Positions 1 to 9,318 of a stretch of DNA of 64,000 bases are shown here, in pieces. Origin of the DNA: Candidatus Binatia bacterium (GTDB lineage Bacteria; Desulfobacterota; Binatia; HRBIN30). The stretch lies in the NCBI GenBank assembly GCA_038245295.1, contig JBBRSP010000006.1, positions 128,001 through 192,000 of the forward strand, in the 5' to 3' direction. The notes under the pieces were generated by a model, which did not search any database, was not told the origin of the DNA, and saw only the letters and a program-made list of their open reading frames with translations. Position 1 is the stretch's first letter; each line of letters opens with the position of its first letter. A program made the translations under genes and the position numbers.

Positions 1-30
1 ACGTCAGTTTAGCGACAAAGGGGAGGTGAA

Positions 31-1734
31 ATGGCCGATCTAACTGGTGGTCAGGTCTTAGCGCGCTGCCTCGCCGCGGAAGGCGTGCGCTTCGTCTTTG
101 GTTTGCCGTCGCCCGAGATTGATCCGTTCCTGGCGGCCCTTGATGACGCCGGGATTCGACTCGTCCCCTTTCGCCACGAAGCGGCTGGCGCTCATATGGC
201 GGAGGGGCTGTACAAGACAACCGGACAAGTCGCCGCCGTCATCGGCAACCCTGGCCCTGGATCGGCCAACCTCCTGGCAGGCGTCATCACAGCGCGTCAC
301 GAGGGTGTACCACTCATCGCCATCACCTCGCAGCATCGCCTCGGGCTGGTCTACCCGTCGACACCGTCGACCTTCCAAGGGCAGGACCAGCTCGACATCT
401 ATAAGCCAGCGGTGAAATGGGGCGCGCCGATCTTCGCCTGGGAGCGCATCGCCGAAGTCACGCGTATGGCGTTCCGTGAGATGTGGACCGGCCGCCCCGG
501 CCCGGTGCAACTCGAGATCCCGGCCCCGGTGTTGTATGCCACGGGCGCCGATTCGGCCGTCCGATTCCCGCCGCCGAGCTCTTACCGGCCCTCGCTCCCG
601 CAAGCTTCGGAAGCGCAGCTCAGCCAACTGGCGGACATGCTGGCTTCGGCCAAGCGGCCGCTGGTGATCGCCGGTTCCGGCACCGACCGTGCCGGCGCCA
701 GCCCCGTGGTCATGAGTCTCGTCGAGCGCCTTGGTTGTCCGGTGGTGAGCTCGATGTCCGGACGCGCCGTGGTCCCGCTCGATCATCCCAACTGGCTCTA
801 CGGCATCGGCGCCGGCGGTGATCTGGCCAAGCGCGAGGCTGACGTCGTGCTCGTCGTCGGTTCGCGTCTCGGCAACCTCGACCTGCCATTCGACAAATAC
901 TGGGGCGATCCGGCGGAGCAGCAGGTGGTGCAGATCGATGTCGATCCGCGTCATATCGGTGTCACACGACCGCTGGCCCTCGGCATCATCGCCGACGCCA
1001 AGTCGACGATCGAGCAGCTAACCCAACGCCTCGACAAGCACACCGTCGCGGCCAGCTCGCGGGAATTCCTGCAACGCTGCCGTGAGGCCGGCGACACCTG
1101 GGGGAAGGGACAGCAGAGCGTCGTCGAAGCGTGGGACGGCCCCGGTCTACATCCGGCACAAGTGATGCGTGCCATTGGGACGACGTTCGGACGCGACGCG
1201 ATCTACGCCACCGACGGCGGATTCACCTCGCTCTGGGCACACTGGTTCCTGCCCCCGACGCAGCCGCGTTCGTATCTCAACATCCTCGAGCTCGGTATGC
1301 TCGGCACCGGCATTCCATCGGCCATCGGCGCCAAGTTGGGCAATCCCGACCGCCCGGTGGTCTGTGTGACCGGCGACGGTGCGGCCGGTTTCCACTTCAT
1401 GGAGATGCAGTCGGCGGTGCGCGAGGGCGTCAAGCTCGTGACCATCGTCTTCGCCGAGGGATCGTGGACGATGGAGGAACCGAACGAGCAGATGCTTTAT
1501 GGCAAGACGTTTGGCACCACGATGGGCACCGTGCGCTGGGACATCGTCGCGCAAGGCCTCGGCTGCGAAGGGATCTACGCCGAACGCCTCGCCGACGTGG
1601 AAACGGCGCTCCAACACGCGCAGCGCAGCGAACGTCCAACGGTGATTTGCGTCAAGACCGACCGCCTCGCCAACATGAGCGTCGCCCCAGAAGCGGCGAT
1701 GCGCTTCGCCGAGGTCTATCAGGGTCCGATGTAA
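31..1734 (+). CDS. thiamine pyrophosphate-binding protein (acetolactate synthase-like family)
   Basis: N-terminal RHE catalytic Glu and GPG motif, C-terminal GDGA motif; strong RBS GGAGGTG upstream. Confidence 0.9.
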   Translation: MADLTGGQVLARCLAAEGVRFVFGLPSPEIDPFLAALDDAGIRLVPFRHEAAGAHMAEGLYKTTGQVAAVIGNPGPGSANLLAGVITARHEGVPLIAITSQHRLGLVYPSTPSTFQGQDQLDIYKPAVKWGAPIFAWERIAEVTRMAFREMWTGRPGPVQLEIPAPVLYATGADSAVRFPPPSSYRPSLPQASEAQLSQLADMLASAKRPLVIAGSGTDRAGASPVVMSLVERLGCPVVSSMSGRAVVPLDHPNWLYGIGAGGDLAKREADVVLVVGSRLGNLDLPFDKYWGDPAEQQVVQIDVDPRHIGVTRPLALGIIADAKSTIEQLTQRLDKHTVAASSREFLQRCREAGDTWGKGQQSVVEAWDGPGLHPAQVMRAIGTTFGRDAIYATDGGFTSLWAHWFLPPTQPRSYLNILELGMLGTGIPSAIGAKLGNPDRPVVCVTGDGAAGFHFMEMQSAVREGVKLVTIVFAEGSWTMEEPNEQMLYGKTFGTTMGTVRWDIVAQGLGCEGIYAERLADVETALQHAQRSERPTVICVKTDRLANMSVAPEAAMRFAEVYQGPM

Positions 1735-1804
1735 GCACGCGCCAGCGCGCCCCCTGCCTTCCGCCGCTGCCCGCGCCCTAGCCGGGCTGAGGCGGAAGGC
1801 TCCT

Positions 1805-2890
1805 TCACCAACGATGTAGAAACTCCTCGGCCCAACCGATCAGGTTGGTCACCCGCATCTCCTGCCCGTCGAAGCGGATCGTTCCGTCCCAGCGACCGAA
1901 GGCGCAGACACCGCCGCTGCGCAGCACGCCGAGATTGACGAGCGGCTGGTGCGCGACAATCGGCGTCAAGGTCAGGTCGATCGCGCCGGAATGCGCCGCA
2001 CGGACGCGCCACGGCTGCTTCCAGTTCGTTGCATCGTAGCGCCAGACGAGATCTTCCATGATCTTGTAGAGTCGGCCGTCGATCAGCAGACCGTTCTCGT
2101 TGACGCCCGTACCGGTGGTCCACTTGCCGCCGATGTTGATGCCGACCAGTCGCCCGTCCTGCACGCCACTCGCGACACCCCAGTTCCAGAACGAATGATA
2201 GGGCCACACGCCGCGGCCGAAGTCCTGCACTCCGTGACACTCCGACGGATTCATCTCGTAGCGCCGCGTCCCAACCGTCACCGATCCTTCACACGGCAGA
2301 GTGTTGTGCTTCGAGTTGAGCTGGAAGCGGTCCCTGGTCCACGGCACGACAATGTTGAGGCTCTCGTGCCCGGGCTGACGACGAACGACGAAATCCGCAA
2401 CGACGCTTTCACCGGTGGTCGTCGTGCCGACGAAGTCGACTTTCATGTCACCGCGGTCATTCACGTTGGCATACTCGAGGCCGCGATGCTGGAAGCGCAC
2501 CGTTTGCTCGACATGCTCGGGCAACGGCATCGAGCCAGGCCAAACCGGCGCTCGCGCTTCGATTGATTGGCCGGTGTCGAAGTCGGTGAAGGTCATGGCG
2601 CAGAAAGCGGCATAGTCGATGTCGGCGAGTGTCACGGAAAATACGAACCGCGGGCTCATCCAATTCCAGAAGTTCCAGCGCTTCTTGCGCAGCCAGTGGC
2701 CGCTGAGATTGGCCCGGATCAACGGCAAGCGCGACCAACCCACTGCTGCCGGATTGAGATGGCCGCCCGCCTCACATAAGTCGGCGGGCTGTGTCACTTC
2801 GGGCTCGGTATACGCTTGAGGATAGGTCTCCGACCGCATTCGGTGGGTCACCACAGGCATGAATTCCGGTAGTATCGTGTTGCTTGCCAT
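1805..2890 (-). CDS. DUF2804-like hypothetical protein
   Basis: G.LNP.AVGWSR, KKRWNFW and DFGRGVWPY..FWNW motifs; ATG at 2890 overlaps the upstream stop (TGATG). Confidence 0.7.
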   Translation of the reverse strand: MASNTILPEFMPVVTHRMRSETYPQAYTEPEVTQPADLCEAGGHLNPAAVGWSRLPLIRANLSGHWLRKKRWNFWNWMSPRFVFSVTLADIDYAAFCAMTFTDFDTGQSIEARAPVWPGSMPLPEHVEQTVRFQHRGLEYANVNDRGDMKVDFVGTTTTGESVVADFVVRRQPGHESLNIVVPWTRDRFQLNSKHNTLPCEGSVTVGTRRYEMNPSECHGVQDFGRGVWPYHSFWNWGVASGVQDGRLVGINIGGKWTTGTGVNENGLLIDGRLYKIMEDLVWRYDATNWKQPWRVRAAHSGAIDLTLTPIVAHQPLVNLGVLRSGGVCAFGRWDGTIRFDGQEMRVTNLIGWAEEFLHRW

Positions 2891-3344
2891 CAACGGCTCC
2901 CCCCATCGTCTGACTTGCCGTTCGCCTCGTAGTGGTACGAGGACTCGTCGGTCCGCACCATGGCGGTCTTCACATCGAGCTCCGGTTGGAGGACCAAGAT
3001 GGTTGCGCGCTCATAAGACCGGTTACTTGCCAGCACCATTCTACCGAGCTGATCGGGCGGCGCCAGACGCTGCAGCCACATGCGCTTGTCGCGATACGCC
3101 GCACTGGCGGCGCGGATCTCGAGGGGCACACTTTTCATCGGCGTGTCGACAGCGGCGCCAGGTTCGCGCACCAGGATTCCGATGCCCGGCGCGATGCGCG
3201 GCGAGGCGAGGCGTACATACCCCATCCCCCGAGCTTCCACGAGGAAACGCCGAATCGCGACACCAACTCAATTTGCGCCAACGGCCACAAGGTGAAGGCG
3301 ATGAGCCCGCCGTACAGGAGTTGCTTCTTCTGCGTCAGGGTCAA
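2890..3344 (-). pseudogene. small membrane protein interrupted by a 5-bp duplication frameshift
   Basis: TTG start overlaps the upstream stop; ..WKLGGWGMYASPR continues in another frame as SPRIAPGIG..; GCGAG is repeated at 3201-3210 and removing one copy gives a 149-aa ORF. Confidence 0.65.
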
Positions 3345-4213
3345 TGCAACTCCATGGCCGGTAATATGCCGATCCGTACGAGAATGATCACGACGCACGC
3401 GACGGCGACGATCGGTACGAAGCGACGATTCGCATCCGTCGTCAGGAACATCAGCGACAGACTGACGAACAGCATGCCGAAGAAGACCTCGCGCGCCGCC
3501 ACCTCGATAGCGAGGACAAAGGCAATGCCGGCAAACACCGTCAATGTGCGCAGCCGGGGAACCAGCAAGGCTACAGCCATGGTGATCTCCAAGATCCACA
3601 CGAGGTTGGAGACGAGAAGGAAGAGCGGGGGCGCGACGAGATAGGGGCCCGAGCCGTCCATTCCACTATACGACAAGATTCGTTGTAGTTCGTCGCGCGG
3701 CAGGAACAGCCCAAAGATCGCTCGAAACCGCGGCTCCATGAGAAGAAACGCCGGCATCAGGCCACTGGTGTAGTAGCCGTGAACGAGCTTTTGAATCCCG
3801 GCGAAGAACATGATCACACAGGTTACCCAGCGAATGCCGCGAATCAGCAGACGTTGCTCCTCCTGCTCGGTAGGGTCGAGCAAGGCACAGAGGCCGCACA
3901 AGAAGATCTCGAGGTAACCGTGGTTGGGGGTGAGCGGAAAGCTGTTCCAGGCCGTGAAGGCGATTGTGAGCGCAAGTGCCACGAATCCCTGGCGACGGAA
4001 TCGGCTCGACAAGGCGACGAGGCCGCAAAGGGTCGAAAGGACGAGGCCGATGATCCGGAACGTCTGTGTGGCAGGCCAGGTTTGGAAGGCAATCGACCAA
4101 CACTCTCCGGCGCTGACCAGGACCAGCACGACTTCAAACGCACGAATCCTCGAGGTCCACGCGCTTGCGTCGACGTCATCGAGGAATGCGAGATGTTGAT
4201 CGAGCCAGTTCAT
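3341..4213 (-). CDS. multi-pass membrane protein (HTTM-like)
   Basis: Several hydrophobic helices; NH and AG.QKL motifs reminiscent of HTTM proteins. Confidence 0.6.
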   Translation of the reverse strand: MNWLDQHLAFLDDVDASAWTSRIRAFEVVLVLVSAGECWSIAFQTWPATQTFRIIGLVLSTLCGLVALSSRFRRQGFVALALTIAFTAWNSFPLTPNHGYLEIFLCGLCALLDPTEQEEQRLLIRGIRWVTCVIMFFAGIQKLVHGYYTSGLMPAFLLMEPRFRAIFGLFLPRDELQRILSYSGMDGSGPYLVAPPLFLLVSNLVWILEITMAVALLVPRLRTLTVFAGIAFVLAIEVAAREVFFGMLFVSLSLMFLTTDANRRFVPIVAVACVVIILVRIGILPAMELH

Positions 4214-4309
4214 CAGCCGCTCAGATGAAACGCCGGCCGCCCGATGTCAACGTCACCCCCCTCGCCCAAGCCCACACCCACGCCGCCGCCTGTCACGGCG
4301 CGAAACATC

Positions 4310-6049
4310 TCACGCGCCACTCGACCGCGGCGCCGACGGCCGGCGCACCAATCGAGCGGTAACGATCAGCGCAACCCCGAACACGCCAAGCGCCAGGAAC
4401 AACGTCGCGGGCTCGGAGTGCCGAAAGTCGTCGACGACCAGCTTGAGGCCGACGATGCCGTGCATCAAATTGATCAGCCATGCCGACACAATAGTAGGTT
4501 CGCGATACCGGATCATCGCCAAGAGAAGTGTCGCCGCGGCAAGCACCACGGTTCGCAGCGTCGCCAACACGCCGGCGTTGGCAGGTGTTCCGGCGACCGA
4601 CGGGGCCAGCATCACGACGACAATTGCGCTGGCCTCGAGAGTAAAGAGGAGCAGCACACAGGCATGGGACAGCCGCGTCACCTCGGAAGCATCGACTCTC
4701 GGCGGGCGCGTACCGACGACCAGAGCCCCAGTCACCAGCAACGCCAGCCACACCGGCAGACCCACAGCCAACCACTCACTCGCCGGCGCAACCACAAACG
4801 CGGCGCCCACGAGAGCCAATAATCCAGACGCCGCCGCCATCGCAAAGGCGTAGACGAAAGCATGAAAGAGAAGGGTTGCTTGGGGCAATCGTCCAGCCAA
4901 CCACGCGACCGCTAGTGCGGCCACGGCGAAGAAGATGGCCGCTACCGGACCGGGTAGCATCGCGATGCTGCCGACCAGGGCGCACACGAGTCCGAAGCTG
5001 GCGTAGAAATGGAAATTGGCGGCATACCCACCGCCGCTTCGCCGGCATGCCAACGCAGCGCCATAACTAACCAGAGCAAGCGCGAAGCTGCCCACACCCA
5101 CAACCGCAACACCCACCTCGCTGTAGTGCGAAACCAGAACCGCCCCGATCAGCCCGATTGCCGTCACCGCTGCCGTCTGCACGATTTCAAAAGGATCCAC
5201 GCTGCGCTGCCGCAAACGTGTCTGCAGCGCGAACGAACCGAGGTAGGCGCCAAGCAGGCCAAACTGGATGAGGATCACCGTCATCGGTGGTGAAGAGGAA
5301 TCGCCACTGAGGGTTCGTTGCACCAGACTAGCGACCACCGCATCCGCGAGAAGTGCCGGCAGCCAAGCGAGCCACGGCCATCGCCGCCAATATCCAACCC
5401 AAAGCGTCGCCACACCAACCAACGCCAAGGCAATCGACAGGGGAACAAACTGTTGTGTTACGACCAAGAGCGCCACCGCCAGGCACAGTGCGCTCGTCAT
5501 CGCCAACGTCGCCACCGCTGCCAGGTCGGCGCGCGCCGCAACACCGAGCGTCAAACTCGTCAACAACACTACGGTCGCCGCAGCGACATTGGGAGACAAG
5601 AGTTCAAAGCGGGTGGCCGATTCCCAGACCAACGGAAAGGCGATGATCACTGCGGCACAACCATGGAAGAGTGCACTGAGGCGTTGTTGTCGCGCGCCGC
5701 GATCGGCGGCGATCAACCAGAGGAGCGCGTAAGCAAAGCCTATGATGACACCGACCCCACGCGCCACCTGACCGGAGTCAGTCACCGCGCGCAGAAGAAA
5801 TGCGCCGCCCAATACCAGGAAGGTACGGCCGACGAACGCCAGATAAGCATTTGAATCGGCCGCGGCCTCAGAACTCTCGACAGTCTCTATCGGTGCGAAA
5901 GGCTGCGTAGAGACGGCGACACCGGAGTCCCCGCCGACCGGTGTCGGTGACTCCCGACTGGCGGCAGTGCCGGTCCGCGCGAGCAACTCGGTAACGATTT
6001 GCTCCAATCGCTCGACCCTGTCCTCAAGGCGGGCGGACTCGTTGTCCAT
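4310..6049 (-). CDS. large integral membrane protein (DUF2339-like)
   Basis: N-terminal coiled coil (LEDRVERLEQ), then many TM helices; start chosen at MDNES. Confidence 0.65.
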   Translation of the reverse strand: MDNESARLEDRVERLEQIVTELLARTGTAASRESPTPVGGDSGVAVSTQPFAPIETVESSEAAADSNAYLAFVGRTFLVLGGAFLLRAVTDSGQVARGVGVIIGFAYALLWLIAADRGARQQRLSALFHGCAAVIIAFPLVWESATRFELLSPNVAAATVVLLTSLTLGVAARADLAAVATLAMTSALCLAVALLVVTQQFVPLSIALALVGVATLWVGYWRRWPWLAWLPALLADAVVASLVQRTLSGDSSSPPMTVILIQFGLLGAYLGSFALQTRLRQRSVDPFEIVQTAAVTAIGLIGAVLVSHYSEVGVAVVGVGSFALALVSYGAALACRRSGGGYAANFHFYASFGLVCALVGSIAMLPGPVAAIFFAVAALAVAWLAGRLPQATLLFHAFVYAFAMAAASGLLALVGAAFVVAPASEWLAVGLPVWLALLVTGALVVGTRPPRVDASEVTRLSHACVLLLFTLEASAIVVVMLAPSVAGTPANAGVLATLRTVVLAAATLLLAMIRYREPTIVSAWLINLMHGIVGLKLVVDDFRHSEPATLFLALGVFGVALIVTARLVRRPSAPRSSGA

Positions 6050-6245
6050 GATCGCCGCTCCTGCTCGCTCTGACCCAATCAACGTCAGTCGCAAGTCCGG
6101 TGCCGTCATTGCGGACGCCAGAGAACATGCACCGCGCACGCTGCGAGCATCAGCTTCCGGAAGGAGCGCCAGCCTTGTTCCAGCGGCTGGGAAGCGAGTT
6201 CCCCGATACGGTGATTAGCGGGCCCCTCGTGCACCCCGATGGGCT

Positions 6246-6261
6246 TGGCAAGGGCCTTGCA
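6246..6261 (+). promoter_or_regulatory. sigma54 (-24/-12) promoter
   Basis: TGGCAAGGGCCTTGCA: GG and GC separated by exactly 10 nt, just upstream of RBS AAGGAG (6276-6281). Confidence 0.6.
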
Positions 6262-6289
6262 CATTCAAAGCAACAAAGGAGTCGTGACT

Positions 6290-7048
6290 GTGAACGACCT
6301 CGATGGCGGCAAACCAGACGAACGGACGCAGACGGATCCTGAGTTCACGATGCCTCAGTCGCGGGCGCTAATCCCGATGCTGGTTGTCGCGGCTCTGGCG
6401 GTCTTGGTGATCCTTCTAAACATTACGGGCGCAAAGCCGGTGCTCGCGCCGGTCGGAACAGCGGCCGATCGCGCCTTCAGCCCAAAAGACTTTGCCGCGG
6501 TGTTCGAGGAGCAGGCGCGCATCGCCGCCTCGAGCCGCGAGGGCAAGGACGGCCTGTTCCCCGTGCCACCACCGCCCTTCAACGAGGATCTCTACCCATG
6601 CTCGACCTGTCACGACGAGAAGATGGAGGTCAACCGAGAGCGACGCGAGTTGTCGTTCCACGATGACATCGTTCTCCATCACGACGAGGCCAACCGTTGG
6701 TGCCTGGACTGTCACGACGGTAGCAACCGTGACCGGCTGCATCTGGCCGGCGGCACGCTGCTGCCATTCGAGGAATCCTACAAACTTTGCGGCCAATGCC
6801 ACGGCACACAATTCCGCGACTGGCGCGCCGGCATTCACGGCAAACGCACCGGGCACTGGAACGGCGACAAGCAGTATCTGTTGTGCGTCAATTGTCACAA
6901 CCCGCACAGCCCCCACTTCGCGCCGATCAAACCACTGCCGCCTCCGGTGCGCCCGCAGTTCCTCCGCTCCGCACACGCGGCCGTTGCCGATGCCGCGCCG
7001 TCCGACGCGATCACCAAGGAGTCCTCTGATGGCCGAACGATGCACTGA
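6290..7048 (+). CDS. membrane-anchored tetraheme cytochrome c
   Basis: Four CxxCH motifs (CSTCH, CLDCH, CGQCH, CVNCH), N-terminal hydrophobic helix, GTG start after AAGGAG. Confidence 0.85.
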   Translation: MNDLDGGKPDERTQTDPEFTMPQSRALIPMLVVAALAVLVILLNITGAKPVLAPVGTAADRAFSPKDFAAVFEEQARIAASSREGKDGLFPVPPPPFNEDLYPCSTCHDEKMEVNRERRELSFHDDIVLHHDEANRWCLDCHDGSNRDRLHLAGGTLLPFEESYKLCGQCHGTQFRDWRAGIHGKRTGHWNGDKQYLLCVNCHNPHSPHFAPIKPLPPPVRPQFLRSAHAAVADAAPSDAITKESSDGRTMH

Positions 7049-7967
7049 CAACGCCACGACCCCCGAGGAAGAAAAGTTCCTCGACGCGACCAAGCTCGGT
7101 CGGCGCGACTTCCTCACGGCGCTCGGCGTGACCGCCGCCGGTTATCTGACCGGCTGTTCGGCGGAAAGCCGCGAGGCTTTCTTTGCGAAACGCTTTCTTG
7201 AACTGTCCCCCAGCGAGCTCGACCTACGACTGAAGCGCCTGCGTGACTCGGCCGCCGTGAAATACGGCGCAACGGTGGATGTCTCGGCAACGCCGGCGCA
7301 ACCGGGCGTTCTGTTCGGGTATGCACTCGACCTGTCGCGTTGTGTCGGTTGTCGTCGTTGTGTCTATGCCTGCGTCAAGGAAAACAACCAGTCGCGTGAC
7401 CCGCAGATCCAATGGATTCGCGTCCTCGAGATGGAGAAGGAGAAGGGCATCGATCTCGAGCACGCCAACCCATACTACAACCCCGACACGGTTCCCGATC
7501 CGGAGCACTTCTACCTGCCGGTCTCCTGTCAGCAGTGTCGCACACCGCAGTGCACACAGGTGTGTCCGGTTGGAGCAACCTGGCAGGAACCCGACGGCAT
7601 CGTCGTCATCGACTACGACTGGTGCATCGGCTGCCGCTGCTGCATGTCGGCGTGCCCCTACGGAGCGCGGCATTTCAACTGGAGCGAACCAACGATCTCG
7701 CCGGAAGAAGTGAATCCGAAGATGCACGCCCTCGGCAATCGCATGCGACCGCGCGGCGTCGTCGAGAAGTGTACGTTCTGCGTACAGCGAGTCCGTGAAG
7801 GGCTCTATCCCGCCTGTGTCGAGATTTGTCCCGTCGGCGCGCGTAAATTCGGCAATCTGCTCGACCCCGAGGGCGAGGTCTCACGCGTGCTGCGCGACAA
7901 ACGTGTCTTCGTGCTCAAGGCGGAGCTCAAGACCGATCCGAAGTTCTTCTACTTTTACGGCCTGTAG
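7029..7967 (+). CDS. Tat-exported 4Fe-4S dicluster protein (NrfC/DsrO/TtrB family)
   Basis: GRRDFL twin-arginine motif; CVGCRRCVYAC, CQQC..PQC..VCP, CIGCRCCMSACP and KCTFC..PACVEICP motifs; ATG after AAGGAG. Confidence 0.9.
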   Translation: MAERCTDNATTPEEEKFLDATKLGRRDFLTALGVTAAGYLTGCSAESREAFFAKRFLELSPSELDLRLKRLRDSAAVKYGATVDVSATPAQPGVLFGYALDLSRCVGCRRCVYACVKENNQSRDPQIQWIRVLEMEKEKGIDLEHANPYYNPDTVPDPEHFYLPVSCQQCRTPQCTQVCPVGATWQEPDGIVVIDYDWCIGCRCCMSACPYGARHFNWSEPTISPEEVNPKMHALGNRMRPRGVVEKCTFCVQRVREGLYPACVEICPVGARKFGNLLDPEGEVSRVLRDKRVFVLKAELKTDPKFFYFYGL

Positions 7968-7975
7968 GAGTGACC

Positions 7976-9211
7976 ATGCGATCCAACAACCTCTTGATCA
8001 CCGCGGTTCGCCTGCTGCTGCGTGGCGGCAAAGCCTACTGGACCTGGATTGCAATTCTGACGACACTGATCATCTGGGGCGTCATGGCCTATGTCGATCA
8101 ACTCACCGATGGTTTGATCGTCACCAACATGCGCGACCAGGTGTCATGGGCCTTCTACATCGGCAACTTCACGTTCCTGGTCGGCGTCGCCGCTGCGGCC
8201 GTGGTGCTGGTGATCCCGGCGTACGTTTATCACTGGAAGCCGATCAAGGAGATCGCCATCCTCGGCGAGATCTTGGCAATCAGCGCCATCATCATGTGCC
8301 TGCTGTTCGTCGTCGTCGACATGGGACACCCGGAGCGCGCCTGGCACCTGATCCCCGGCGTCGGCCACATGAACTTTCCCAAATCGATGCTCGCCTGGGA
8401 TGTCCTGGTGCTGACCCTCTACTTGACGTTGAACTCCTTCATCGTCGGACACATCCTCTATCGCGGCATTCAGGGACGGGCGTACAACTCATCGCTCATC
8501 GTCCCGCTGGTTCTGTTTTCAATTCCCGCCGCCGTCGGCATCCATACGGTCACGGCATTCCTCTACGCCGGCCTGCCGGGTCGCCCCTATTGGAATGCAT
8601 CAATTCTGGCGCCGCGCTTCATCTGCTCGGCCTTCTGCTCCGGCCCCGCCATCATGTTGATCCTCTTCCAGATCCTGCAGCGCACAACGAACATCGCGAT
8701 CAAAGAGGAAGCGATCTCCAAGGTGGCCGAGTTGATGGCGTACGCCATGTTCATCAACCTGTTTCTGCTCGGCGCCGAGGTGTTCAAGGAATACTATTCG
8801 GCCACCGAACATCTGGTGCACCTGCAGTACTTGTTCAACGGCCTCGGCAACCAGCGCGCCCTTGTCCCCTTTGGTTGGGCCTCGGTCATCTGCGGCATAG
8901 CGGCGTTCCTGATCTTCTTGTTTCCGCAGACACGTCGTAATGTCGTCACCCTCAACCTGGGATGTCTGCTCATCTATGCCAGCGTCTACATCGAAAAGGG
9001 CATGGGGTTGGTTATCCCGGCGTTCACGCCGGACGTCCTCGGCGAGGTCTACGTGTACATCCCAACCTTTCACGAATTGCGTATCGGCGCCGGGATCTTC
9101 TCGATCGGATTCCTGGTATTCACGCTGCTCTGTAAGGTCGCCGTGCCGATTCTCACCGGTGAATTTGCCAACGCTGCCCGGCCACTGACCCAGGGAACGG
9201 CGGCATCGTGA
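7976..9211 (+). CDS. NrfD/PsrC/DsrP-family membrane anchor subunit
   Basis: W..YI.NF.F.VG, DMG.PER and RPYW motifs, about 10 TM helices, follows the Fe-S subunit. Confidence 0.88.
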   Translation: MRSNNLLITAVRLLLRGGKAYWTWIAILTTLIIWGVMAYVDQLTDGLIVTNMRDQVSWAFYIGNFTFLVGVAAAAVVLVIPAYVYHWKPIKEIAILGEILAISAIIMCLLFVVVDMGHPERAWHLIPGVGHMNFPKSMLAWDVLVLTLYLTLNSFIVGHILYRGIQGRAYNSSLIVPLVLFSIPAAVGIHTVTAFLYAGLPGRPYWNASILAPRFICSAFCSGPAIMLILFQILQRTTNIAIKEEAISKVAELMAYAMFINLFLLGAEVFKEYYSATEHLVHLQYLFNGLGNQRALVPFGWASVICGIAAFLIFLFPQTRRNVVTLNLGCLLIYASVYIEKGMGLVIPAFTPDVLGEVYVYIPTFHELRIGAGIFSIGFLVFTLLCKVAVPILTGEFANAARPLTQGTAAS

Positions 9212-9255
9212 TCATGGTCCTTACAATGGGTTAGTCTCCTTCGTCGGGACGACAG

Positions 9256-9295
9256 AAAGGGCGGACACCTTTCGGTGCCCGCCCTTTGATTTGAT
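9256..9295. terminator. intrinsic terminator hairpin between convergent genes
   Basis: AAAGGGCGGACACC-TTTC-GGTGCCCGCCCTTT followed by a T-rich tract. Confidence 0.75.
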
Positions 9296-9318
9296 TTAAG
9301 CGACTGAAGACGCAGGGC

